This document shows, one piece after another, positions 48,096 to 56,739 of a stretch of 58,074 nucleotides of DNA (position 1 is its first letter; each line of letters starts with the position of its first letter). This DNA is from a virus. Its lineage: Duplodnaviria; Caudoviricetes. The DNA lies in IMG/VR virus record IMGVR_UViG_3300027734_000080, positions 1 through 58,074 of that record; one strand, given 5' to 3'. The position numbers were made by a program, and so were the translations under genes. The notes under the pieces were generated by a model. The model made no database searches, was not told the origin of the DNA, and saw nothing but the letters and a program-made list of their open reading frames with translations.

Positions 48096-48668
48096 ATGTC
48101 TTCTACAAATGCTCCGTTCGGTATGCGCCCTGCGTTCCATCCATCTGGTCTGGATCGCGCCCAAGCGCTTGCTGGCGGTATCGTCTCTGGTTATTCCAGC
48201 GACATCCTGAAAGGTCAACCCGTAAAGTTGGCTACTACTGGCGTGATTCAAATCGCCGCTGCTGGTGACTCATTCCTCGGTGCCTTTGCTGGTGTTGAGT
48301 GGACTGACACTACTGGTCGTCGTCGCGTGTCCAACTACTGGCCCGCTAGCACTGCATTCCAAACTGGTTCATGCATTGCTTATTTCTACAATGATCCTAA
48401 CATCGTGTATGAAATTCAAGCTGACGGTTCTTTGGCACAAACCTCTGTTGGCGACATGGCCGACTTGAGCAACACCACTGCTGGCAGCAATGTCACTGGT
48501 TTGTCTCAGTGCACACTTTCCACAACTCTGGTTGGTGCTGGTAACAGCGCACAGATGCGTATTGTGGACTTGGCTCCCCTCGTAGATAACGCTTGGGGCG
48601 ATTCATATACGGTTGTACGTGCTGTGATCAATGAGTCACAGTTCCAAGCATCCACTAACGCTGTTTAA
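48096..48668 (+). CDS. Capsid decoration / minor capsid protein
   Basis: APFG.RP...DPNIVYEIQ; biased codon usage; precedes the MCP. Confidence 0.65.
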   Translation: MSSTNAPFGMRPAFHPSGLDRAQALAGGIVSGYSSDILKGQPVKLATTGVIQIAAAGDSFLGAFAGVEWTDTTGRRRVSNYWPASTAFQTGSCIAYFYNDPNIVYEIQADGSLAQTSVGDMADLSNTTAGSNVTGLSQCTLSTTLVGAGNSAQMRIVDLAPLVDNAWGDSYTVVRAVINESQFQASTNAV

Positions 48669-48679
48669 GGAGGCGAATC

Positions 48680-49594
48680 ATGGCAGCTCCAATGAGAAGT
48701 ACGGACTTTCGTTCGATTGTTGAACCTATCCTGAACGAATGCTTCGACGGCGTTTATGATCAGCGCACTGATGAGTGGAGCCGTGTGTTCCGCGAGCAGG
48801 AAGGCATCCCACGTAACTACCACGAAGAACCCGTCCTGTACGGTTTCGGTGCAGCACCTCAGTTGCCAGACGGCACCCCAGTGTCGTACCAACAAGGTGG
48901 CGTGTTGTTCCTCCAGCGCTATGTCTACCAAGTCTTTGGTTTGGCATTCGCTTTGACCAAAGTTTTGGTTGAGGACGGTGACCACATCCGCATCGGTCAG
49001 GTTTACGCTCGTCACTTGGCTCAGTCTTTGATTGAGACCAAAGAAACTCTGTCTGCTAACGTGTTGAACCGTGCGTTTAACTCGGCCTACCCAGGCGGCG
49101 ACGGCGTGCAACTGAACAGCGCTTCACACCCCATCGTGAACGGCACTGCAAGCAACCTGTTGGCTACTGCTGCTAACTTGTCACAGACCTCTCTTGAGCA
49201 AATGTTGATCCAGATCCGTCAGGCTGTGGACAACAACGGCAAGAAGATTCGTCTGGTGCCGCGTCAATTGGTGGTTGCTCCTGGCAACGTGTTCCAAGCT
49301 GAGGTTTTGCTGAAGTCTGTTCTGCGTGCTGGTAACGCCAACAACGACATCAACCCGATCAAATCTATCGGTTTGCTGGACGAGGGCGCTGCTGTTCTGT
49401 CACGTTTGACCAACCCAACCGCATGGTGGGTTCAGACTGATGCCCCAGAAGGTATGAAGCTCTTGATGCGTCGTAAGCTTGAAAAAACCATGGAAGGTGA
49501 CTTCGAAACCGACTCCATGCGTTACAAGGCTACCGAGCGTTACCAAGTTGGTTTCACCGACTGGCGTGCAATGTACGGTACTCCCGGCGTTTAA
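48680..49594 (+). CDS. Major capsid protein (Mu gpT-like, HK97 fold)
   Basis: GFGAAP, P..LVV.P, AWWVQTD, GDFET..RYK..RY..G..DWR..YG. Confidence 0.9.
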   Translation: MAAPMRSTDFRSIVEPILNECFDGVYDQRTDEWSRVFREQEGIPRNYHEEPVLYGFGAAPQLPDGTPVSYQQGGVLFLQRYVYQVFGLAFALTKVLVEDGDHIRIGQVYARHLAQSLIETKETLSANVLNRAFNSAYPGGDGVQLNSASHPIVNGTASNLLATAANLSQTSLEQMLIQIRQAVDNNGKKIRLVPRQLVVAPGNVFQAEVLLKSVLRAGNANNDINPIKSIGLLDEGAAVLSRLTNPTAWWVQTDAPEGMKLLMRRKLEKTMEGDFETDSMRYKATERYQVGFTDWRAMYGTPGV

Positions 49595-49601
49595 AGAAAG
49601 T

Positions 49602-49625
49602 GGGGGAGGCTAGTCCTCCCCTCTT
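49602..49625 (+). terminator. Hairpin after the MCP (partial terminator)
   Basis: GGGGAGG-CTAGT-CCTCCCC followed by TCTT. Confidence 0.55.
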
Positions 49626-49640
49626 CAACAGGAGAAAAGA

Positions 49641-50081
49641 ATGGCACAAACCTATTTTGGTTCAACCCTGCGTGCGGGGTCGGGTACATTGACAGACACC
49701 GTTGACGGTGGATTTGTCGTACTCACACAAACCACTACTGTGACTACTGTAGCTGCTGGCACTGCCGTTAGCTCCACAATCACATTACCTGCGAACTCAC
49801 AGATTATCAACTTCTTGGTTGATATGGTGACCGTTCCTTCCTTTGGTACTGCTACACAAGTTCCAGTAACTATTGGAACCGCTGCTGCTGGTACACAGTA
49901 TTTGTCTGCAACTGACGCTAGCGCTGCTGGTCGTACTACTTTGACATTTACTGCTGCTCAACTGACCGCAATGTCAGACATTGGCGCAAACCAAAGCGTG
50001 GTATTTACTGCTGATCCTAATGGCACCGTAGCTACTCAAGGCGTGTTCCGCCTGACCGTGGTTTACGCCCAGAAAGTTTAA
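49641..50081 (+). CDS. Head decoration / virion protein
   Basis: LPANSQI..GT..AGTQY...RLTVVY. Confidence 0.6.
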   Translation: MAQTYFGSTLRAGSGTLTDTVDGGFVVLTQTTTVTTVAAGTAVSSTITLPANSQIINFLVDMVTVPSFGTATQVPVTIGTAAAGTQYLSATDASAAGRTTLTFTAAQLTAMSDIGANQSVVFTADPNGTVATQGVFRLTVVYAQKV

Positions 50082-50091
50082 GGAGTAAATC

Positions 50092-51042
50092 ATGGCCGAG
50101 TTCAAACCAATGGTCAAAATGATGACCACCGAGCCTTCAATTGAATTGAAGCTCAAAAAGGGCGGGGAAGTTAAAAAAGCTATGGGTGGTGCAATGCCAG
50201 CCGTATTGCCTTCCGCTATGCCCGCACGCGGCGGCATGATGCCCGCTGCTCGTCCTGCCAAACCCTCATTGGCAGCTCGCCGTAAAGCCATGGCTGTTCC
50301 TCCAGCTATGAAAAAAGGCGGTGAAATGGAGTCCAAAGCCACCCACAAAGCCGAGATGGCCAAGATGGGTAAAATTGAGAAAGAGTTAAAATCTCACGAA
50401 GGCAAACCTGCTAGCAAAGCTCACAAGGGCTTGAAGACTGGCGGCGTTGCTAACGCTCAAGGCGGCTACAAAGAAGGCGGCATCATCAACACCGAGAAGC
50501 AAGGTGGAGCTTACCGTGACACCAAGATGCACACATCCAAGCCTGATAACTCTCCAGCTAAAACTGGCGAAGTGAAAGAAGGCAATGGCGGTGGCTATGC
50601 TACTGGTGGCGTTGCTAAATCCAATGCTGGTGGCTACAAAAAAGGTGGTGCCACAAAAAAGTTTGCTAGGGGCGGAGCAGTTCAGGACGATGGAGCGGCT
50701 GTAGAAATGCCGCAGGGAAATAAGCGTCCAGCACGTCCCGTTAGCATTAACCAACTTTCTGGAACCTATAAAAAAGGTGGTTCAGTAAAAAAGTATGACA
50801 CGGGCGGTGCGGTTGATCCCATCATCGCTCGTGAAACCAAGCGCATGGAGGCCGAGAAGGCTGCTGAGAAAGCAGATAACGAAGCTACTCGTGACGCAAT
50901 TCTCGGATTCCCTAAGCGCGTTTATGAAGGCGTAAAGGGATTCTTTACCAGCCCAGAGAAAAAGCCTGGCAGCGTAACTAAAACCGAGAAGTCTGTGACG
51001 GTTTCCCCCGCTAAGAAGCGTGGCGGTTCTGTAGAGTGCTAA
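50092..51042 (+). CDS. Lys/Gly-rich protein with repeated xxxGG motifs
   Basis: At least ten xxxGG units such as LKKGG, MKKGG, YKEGG, YATGG, FARGG. Confidence 0.7.
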   Translation: MAEFKPMVKMMTTEPSIELKLKKGGEVKKAMGGAMPAVLPSAMPARGGMMPAARPAKPSLAARRKAMAVPPAMKKGGEMESKATHKAEMAKMGKIEKELKSHEGKPASKAHKGLKTGGVANAQGGYKEGGIINTEKQGGAYRDTKMHTSKPDNSPAKTGEVKEGNGGGYATGGVAKSNAGGYKKGGATKKFARGGAVQDDGAAVEMPQGNKRPARPVSINQLSGTYKKGGSVKKYDTGGAVDPIIARETKRMEAEKAAEKADNEATRDAILGFPKRVYEGVKGFFTSPEKKPGSVTKTEKSVTVSPAKKRGGSVEC

Positions 51043-51044
51043 GA

Positions 51045-51070
51045 GTGGGGGCTTCGGCCCCTACTTTTTT
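51045..51070 (+). terminator. Intrinsic terminator
   Basis: GTGGGGGC-TTCG-GCCCCTAC followed by a T run. Confidence 0.85.
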
Positions 51071-51082
51071 CAGGAGATAAAC

Positions 51083-51856
51083 ATGGGAATCTATTCTTCT
51101 GCGTCGCGTCAAGGCGCATACGAGCCGTTTGAATTGCAAGTATCCCGCGGTCAAATTCAGGGCCACTCAATTGTTACGGTATCTGGTTATAACTCCGATG
51201 TTGATACTGCGTGGGAGATGATTACTCCTATTGGAGATTTATCATTTCCTGCTGCCGCTTTACAGATGACTGTAAGTTCATCTAGCGCCAACGATACAGC
51301 AGCGGGAACTGGTGCAAGAACCGTGCTACTCACGGGCTTAGACGCCAATTACGATGTTATTACTGAGACCGTGACCATGAATGGTCAGACCGCCGTAACG
51401 ACTACCAAATCATTTTTGCGTATCAACAGTATGTTGGTTGCAAGTGCTGGAACTGGATTGGCCAATGCAGGAACGATTTACATTGGTTCTGGCGTTGTAA
51501 CTGCTGGCGTACCAGCAACGATCTATAACTTAATTGCTGTAGGCTACAACAATGCAACATCAAGCCAATACACAGTACCCGCTGGCTACACTGGCTACTT
51601 GGCAATTGCGCGAATTGGTTTGGCACAAGATACTGGAACCAGCTTAATTACTGCAAGAACTCGTTTTGTGGGAACAAATGGAATTGCCATCACTGGCCCA
51701 TTGATTGTTACCAATAACAGTATTTCAACTCAACCATTTCCCTACCCTCTCTCAATTGCTGAAAAAACTCGCATTCAAGGCGAAGCAATTGGCGGGGCGG
51801 CAAACAATGAAGCGGCGGGTTTCTTTGAAATTGTTCTTATTAAAAATTCGGATTGA
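51083..51856 (+). CDS. Virion structural protein
   Basis: SSSSANDT..GTGARTV..GLD..Y...YTVPAG. Confidence 0.65.
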   Translation: MGIYSSASRQGAYEPFELQVSRGQIQGHSIVTVSGYNSDVDTAWEMITPIGDLSFPAAALQMTVSSSSANDTAAGTGARTVLLTGLDANYDVITETVTMNGQTAVTTTKSFLRINSMLVASAGTGLANAGTIYIGSGVVTAGVPATIYNLIAVGYNNATSSQYTVPAGYTGYLAIARIGLAQDTGTSLITARTRFVGTNGIAITGPLIVTNNSISTQPFPYPLSIAEKTRIQGEAIGGAANNEAAGFFEIVLIKNSD

Positions 51857-51861
51857 CAGCC

Positions 51862-52245
51862 ATGCCTAGCAAATCAGCATCTCAACACAGGCTCATGGAA
51901 GCCGTAGCGCATAACCCTAGCTTTGCAAAGAAGGTTGGTATTCCTCAAAAAGTAGGAAAAGACTTTGCTGCTGCCGATAAAGGCAAGAAGTTTAAAGAGG
52001 GTGGCCCAAGCCTAGCGGTTGGCCGTGGAGAAAAGCTGTCTGTGGAAAAGGGCGCTGGATTGACCGCCAAGGGTAGGGCTAAGTACAATCGTGAGACAGG
52101 AAGTCATTTGAAAGCTCCGCAACCACAAGGCGGCGCTCGAAAGGACTCGTTCTGCTCGCGCATGAGCGGTGTTGTAGAGCATTCAAAAGGTGACGCTCCA
52201 AGGGCAAAAGCATCCTTGAAGCGTTGGAATTGCCCAGGATGGTGA
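51862..52245 (+). CDS. Basic two-module protein
   Basis: MPSKS..Q...AVAHNP.FAKKVGIPQ module, FKEGG linker, GLTAKGR...SFCSRM...LKRWNC module. Confidence 0.6.
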   Translation: MPSKSASQHRLMEAVAHNPSFAKKVGIPQKVGKDFAAADKGKKFKEGGPSLAVGRGEKLSVEKGAGLTAKGRAKYNRETGSHLKAPQPQGGARKDSFCSRMSGVVEHSKGDAPRAKASLKRWNCPGW

Positions 52246-52253
52246 GGTAACGA

Positions 52254-53327
52254 ATGGCTTATTCAGGCACAGTTGGAGAGACCGTTATCAGCGTCCAAGA
52301 TCTGATTGATCATGGTGCGCGTCGATGCGGCAAATTGGCCGAAGAGCTTACCTCGGAGCAAATCGTATCTGCTCGCCAGTCTTTATATTTCTTGCTGTCG
52401 CATCTTGCCAATCAAGGCATCAACTATTGGGCAATCAATAAAAAAGTGTTTGGTCTAAAGGCTGATCAATACATCTACACCATGCCCGTGGGTTGCATAG
52501 ACGTTCTGAACGTGCTGTATCGCTCCATGAACCGACCTTCTGGGTCATACACAACCTCTGCTGGTGGAGTAATTGCAAATGTTTACGACTCCGACATTGA
52601 TACAGTTTGTCAACAAACAAGCGCCAATGGCAACATATCTGTTAATTACGGCACCAATAATCCCATATACGCTGGCTCTATTGGCTTTTTACCCTATGTT
52701 GCTGGGGGTGGATCGGCTACTTGGTCGATCACGCTAGAGTATTCGGTTGATGGCGTTACATGGAACACCCTAAACAACCTTGGAAGCATAGTTGTTACTG
52801 ACAATCAATGGGTGTGGACTGACATTGACCCAGGCCAATCGGTCATGTACTACCGAATCCGCGCTTACAACAACACAACATTGGCTCTGCGCGAGTGGTT
52901 TGTGGGCAATAACAGCCGTGAAATCCAAATGTCACGCCTAAATCGTGATGATTACACCAATTTGCCCAATAAAAACTTCACAGCCAACCAGCCGTTTCAG
53001 TTTTGGTTTGATAGAACTATCCCACAGCCTACTGTTTACCTATGGCCAACGCCTAGTGACCCATTTATTCAGATGACAGTCTGGTATCAGCGCCAAATTA
53101 TGGACGTTGGGGCGCTTTCTGGTGAGCTAGAGATCCCTCAAAGGTGGTATGAAGCTGTTCAGATGATGTTGGCGCACAGAATGAGCATGGAATTGCCCCA
53201 AGTTGATGCTGGGCGCATCCAATATCTTGAAAAAATGGCTGATAAGTACCTGTTTGAGGTGCAACAAGAAGAGCGCGATAAGTCGCCCATCTACTTTGCG
53301 CCCAACATATCGGTTTACACACGGTAA
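52254..53327 (+). CDS. Head-tail adaptor-like protein with an inserted discoidin-like domain
   Basis: ARQSL..L....N.GIN.W; LEYSVDGVTW...YYRIR insert; YLWPTP. Confidence 0.6.
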   Translation: MAYSGTVGETVISVQDLIDHGARRCGKLAEELTSEQIVSARQSLYFLLSHLANQGINYWAINKKVFGLKADQYIYTMPVGCIDVLNVLYRSMNRPSGSYTTSAGGVIANVYDSDIDTVCQQTSANGNISVNYGTNNPIYAGSIGFLPYVAGGGSATWSITLEYSVDGVTWNTLNNLGSIVVTDNQWVWTDIDPGQSVMYYRIRAYNNTTLALREWFVGNNSREIQMSRLNRDDYTNLPNKNFTANQPFQFWFDRTIPQPTVYLWPTPSDPFIQMTVWYQRQIMDVGALSGELEIPQRWYEAVQMMLAHRMSMELPQVDAGRIQYLEKMADKYLFEVQQEERDKSPIYFAPNISVYTR

Positions 53328-53668
53328 TGCCTACATTTCTTGACACTTCTGGCCTTACATCGGTTGCAATAGCAATTTGCGATAGATGCCGCATGAAAAG
53401 AGCATTTGTGTCATTACAATCAGACCCAAACTTCCCTGGTCTGCGTGTCTGTGATGAGGGCTGTAAAGATAACTTTGATCCGTACCGTTTGCCCGCTAGA
53501 AAAACGGAAAGAATTAACCTAAGATTTCCACGACCTGATGAAAGCGTGGCTGTACAAGACAATTCTTTGACAACTGGTGGATATGGCGATTTTGTAATAT
53601 CACCTGAGCAAAATACACAGACGCCCGAAAATAACGGGAACCTTGATAACCTGAATGTGAGTCCGTAA
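53327..53668 (+). CDS. Zn-ribbon virion protein
   Basis: AICDRC...GLRVC..C.D...RFPRPD. Confidence 0.65.
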   Translation: MPTFLDTSGLTSVAIAICDRCRMKRAFVSLQSDPNFPGLRVCDEGCKDNFDPYRLPARKTERINLRFPRPDESVAVQDNSLTTGGYGDFVISPEQNTQTPENNGNLDNLNVSP

Positions 53669-53670
53669 TC

Positions 53671-55869
53671 ATGGCAAACGTACAAATCTCTCAACTGCCA
53701 GCAGCGGGTGCTATTACAGGCACTGAGCTTGTGCCCGTTGTCCAAAATGGCGTAACCGTACAAACCACTACGGGCGCTATTGCTGCCTCGCCTAGCCAGA
53801 CTCAGACTTTCTTGACCAAGAATCTAGAGCCAAGCCTTCCCAATAGTCGTTATTTGTCCACCAATACGGGTTTAGCGATCACGGATGGTGGCGCACAGTC
53901 TTACCTACGTCTTAGCCTCAGCGGGGCCTCTGGGAGCCTAGAATCCGCTTCTACAGGCATGATTGCCAAGACTTCTGGCACTACCGTAGCCTCAAGGACA
54001 CTATCTACCTCTGGTTTGGGCTTAAGCGTCACAAATGGTGATGGAGTCTCAGGTAATCCCACTTTCCAGCTCACGGGTGTTGCCGCAGCGGTGGCGGCTG
54101 CTTCTGGTACTGGAATGCTGGCAATTGTCGGTGGAACCACTATTGCTGGTCGTCAGATCTTGGGAACTGCTAACCAAATAAACGTGGCAAATGGCGATGG
54201 CTCTAATAGCCCTGTAATTTCTATTGTGAGCGATCCCACAATACCTGGCACGGGTGGCATGACCATCCCCAAAGGAACGATTGCACAACAACCTGTTGGC
54301 GTTACTGGACAGATTAGATACAACACCACAAGCGGCCTGTTTGAGGGTTATACAGCAGGAAGCTGGCTTGCTTTTGCTCAAGGCAACGGCGTAACCACAT
54401 TTGATGGCGGAACTACTGGCCTAACCCCAGCACTTCCTACAAACGGCGCTATATCACTTGGTGGTACGTTAGTGGTTGCTAACGGCGGAACTGGCGCTAA
54501 CACTTTAAGCGGTTACCTAAAAGGTAATGGAACATCTGCTGTTACGGGTGTTGCAAGCATCCCAAGCACAGACATTACTGGTTTGGGCACAATGTCCACA
54601 CAGAATGCAAACGCTGTAGCCATTACAGGCGGAACCATTAGCGGATTGTCTGCCCCAATTGCTGTGGCTTCTGGTGGTACGGGCGCTGCTACATTGACTG
54701 GTTACGTTAAAGGAACAGGAACTTCCGCTCTAACCGCCTCCGCAACTATTCCTAACACCGACATTACGGGTTTAGGAACCATGTCTACTCAGAGCGCAAG
54801 CTTTGTGGCCATCTCTGGCGGGGCAATTAACGGAACCACTATAGGCGCAATTACTCCTGCGGCTGGTACGTTTACTACAGTTAACGCTACATCAGGGACA
54901 TTAGGCTCTGTGGCGCTTACTACTGGAACAATTACTACCGCACCATCTGGCGGTAATGATATTGTTAATAAGACCTACGCTGATGCACTTGCTGGCGGTC
55001 TTAACTTCCACCAAGCCTGTCGCCTTGCAACTACTGCCGCACTTCCAGCCAACACTTACAACAATGGCGCATTCGGTGTTGGGGCAACCTTAACTGCGAA
55101 TGCTAACGGTGCTCTTAGTGTAGACAGTACGCTAACTGTGGCTGGTAATCGCATACTGATTAAGAATGAGGCAGCCCCAGCCAACAATGGTGTGTACACC
55201 GTTACGCAAGTTGGAACCGCTGGAACTCCCTACATTCTGACTAGGGCAACAGACTTTGATACGCCGGGCACTGGGGTCAACCAAATTGACGCTGGCGATT
55301 TCTTCTTGATTACTGCGGGAACCGCCAACACCAATACGTCTTGGGTTCAACAGACGCCCCTTCCTATTACCGTTGGAATTACATCTATAGTATTTCAGCA
55401 ATTTGGTGCGCCAATTACCTACTCCGCTGGAACTGGTTTAACAGAGTCCCCCTCTTACACGTTTAACATTGGCAACACAGGCGTTACTGCAAACACCTAC
55501 GGCAGTGCAAGCTCTGTACCTCAAGTCATTGTTAATGCTCAAGGACAAATCACAAGCGCATCTAGCGTAGCAATTGCTATTGCGGCATCTCAAATAACAT
55601 CGGGCACTTTGCCTGTAGCCAATGGCGGAACTGGTGCAGCCACCCTTACGGGATACGTCAAAGGTTCGGGAACATCTGCCCTGACGGCTTCAGCCACTAT
55701 TCCAAATACAGATATTTCTGGGCTTGGCACTATGTCAACCCAAAACGCAAGCAGCGTAACAATCACTGGTGGAACGGTTGACGGAACCGTCATTGGAGGC
55801 ACTACCGCAGCCGCAGGTAGCTTTACAACTGTGACCGCTACTGGCGGTATTTCTGGAGGGACGTTCTAA
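53671..55869 (+). CDS. Tail fibre protein
   Basis: ISQLPAA N-terminus, GQIRYN..FEGY, RILIKNE...NGVY...LTRATD, triplicated internal block, ends GGISGGTF. Confidence 0.8.
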   Translation: MANVQISQLPAAGAITGTELVPVVQNGVTVQTTTGAIAASPSQTQTFLTKNLEPSLPNSRYLSTNTGLAITDGGAQSYLRLSLSGASGSLESASTGMIAKTSGTTVASRTLSTSGLGLSVTNGDGVSGNPTFQLTGVAAAVAAASGTGMLAIVGGTTIAGRQILGTANQINVANGDGSNSPVISIVSDPTIPGTGGMTIPKGTIAQQPVGVTGQIRYNTTSGLFEGYTAGSWLAFAQGNGVTTFDGGTTGLTPALPTNGAISLGGTLVVANGGTGANTLSGYLKGNGTSAVTGVASIPSTDITGLGTMSTQNANAVAITGGTISGLSAPIAVASGGTGAATLTGYVKGTGTSALTASATIPNTDITGLGTMSTQSASFVAISGGAINGTTIGAITPAAGTFTTVNATSGTLGSVALTTGTITTAPSGGNDIVNKTYADALAGGLNFHQACRLATTAALPANTYNNGAFGVGATLTANANGALSVDSTLTVAGNRILIKNEAAPANNGVYTVTQVGTAGTPYILTRATDFDTPGTGVNQIDAGDFFLITAGTANTNTSWVQQTPLPITVGITSIVFQQFGAPITYSAGTGLTESPSYTFNIGNTGVTANTYGSASSVPQVIVNAQGQITSASSVAIAIAASQITSGTLPVANGGTGAATLTGYVKGSGTSALTASATIPNTDISGLGTMSTQNASSVTITGGTVDGTVIGGTTAAAGSFTTVTATGGISGGTF

Positions 55870-56189
55870 TGTCGAGACAAGTTCAGACCGAGGTTACGGG
55901 TCTTGGAACAACTGATGTGGTGGGTGTGGATATTAACTTAACGCCTGTAAACGTGTCAGTTGCTGTAATGTTAAGCCCTGGTTCTACTTTAAAATACACC
56001 GTTGAGCATACTTATCATGATTTGTGGACTGCCCACAATCCTGCTGATATTGTTTGGTTTCCATTTATTGTAGATCAAACAGCTAATGCTGATGGATATT
56101 ATGCGTACCCAGTCTCTGGAGTGCGTGTTCGTGTCACGGAATATACATCAGGCTCCGTTATTCTAAAGGTGTTACAGGCAGGTATCTAA
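55869..56189 (+). CDS. Virion structural protein
   Basis: YTVEHT...W...Y.YPVSGVRV...LQAGI. Confidence 0.6.
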   Translation: MSRQVQTEVTGLGTTDVVGVDINLTPVNVSVAVMLSPGSTLKYTVEHTYHDLWTAHNPADIVWFPFIVDQTANADGYYAYPVSGVRVRVTEYTSGSVILKVLQAGI

Positions 56190-56465
56190 ATGGCCACTTA
56201 CTTTGCACGTCCATACGGCAAAGTTTACGGGACGGGGGCTACATCAGCAGGTTTAACTTCAGTTGGTCGTGTTTATACATTCAACACCCCTGAATTAAGC
56301 TGGACTGTGACGCACAACCTAGGGACGTATAACTTTGTTGCTAGTTTATTTGATTCCTCTTATCAACAATTTTTTGCTGGAATTAAAGTGATTAGCCCCA
56401 ACCAATTTGTTGTTTACATGACCGAGCCTACTGCTGGTTCGGTAAACGTAGTGTTTTCCTTATGA
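56190..56465 (+). CDS. Small fibre-associated protein
   Basis: WTVTHNLG motif shared with 255-2756. Confidence 0.6.
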   Translation: MATYFARPYGKVYGTGATSAGLTSVGRVYTFNTPELSWTVTHNLGTYNFVASLFDSSYQQFFAGIKVISPNQFVVYMTEPTAGSVNVVFSL

Positions 56466-56668
56466 CCTATGACATTGTTGTTTTAAAACGTGATATTCAC
56501 TTGGCTGCGTACATGAAAGCACATGGCGCGGTGCTTCAAACCTATCGTGACGAAAAATTTTACTTTAGCAGTGAGGTCTGTGAGACCGAATGGCGAGTCA
56601 AACACGCAGGGTCTGATGCTTTGAGAGTTGATCAAGAACTTCTTGTTCTTCGTCGCTTTCTGAAGTAA
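56462..56668 (+). CDS. Hypothetical protein
   Basis: DIHLAAYM...FYF. Confidence 0.55.
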   Translation: MTYDIVVLKRDIHLAAYMKAHGAVLQTYRDEKFYFSSEVCETEWRVKHAGSDALRVDQELLVLRRFLK

Positions 56669-56739
56669 GATTCCGTCTGCGTGAGTCGTGTCGAGTAAAG
56701 ATAACTTGTAAAACTAATTCCCTAATTTTGGAGTGACTC

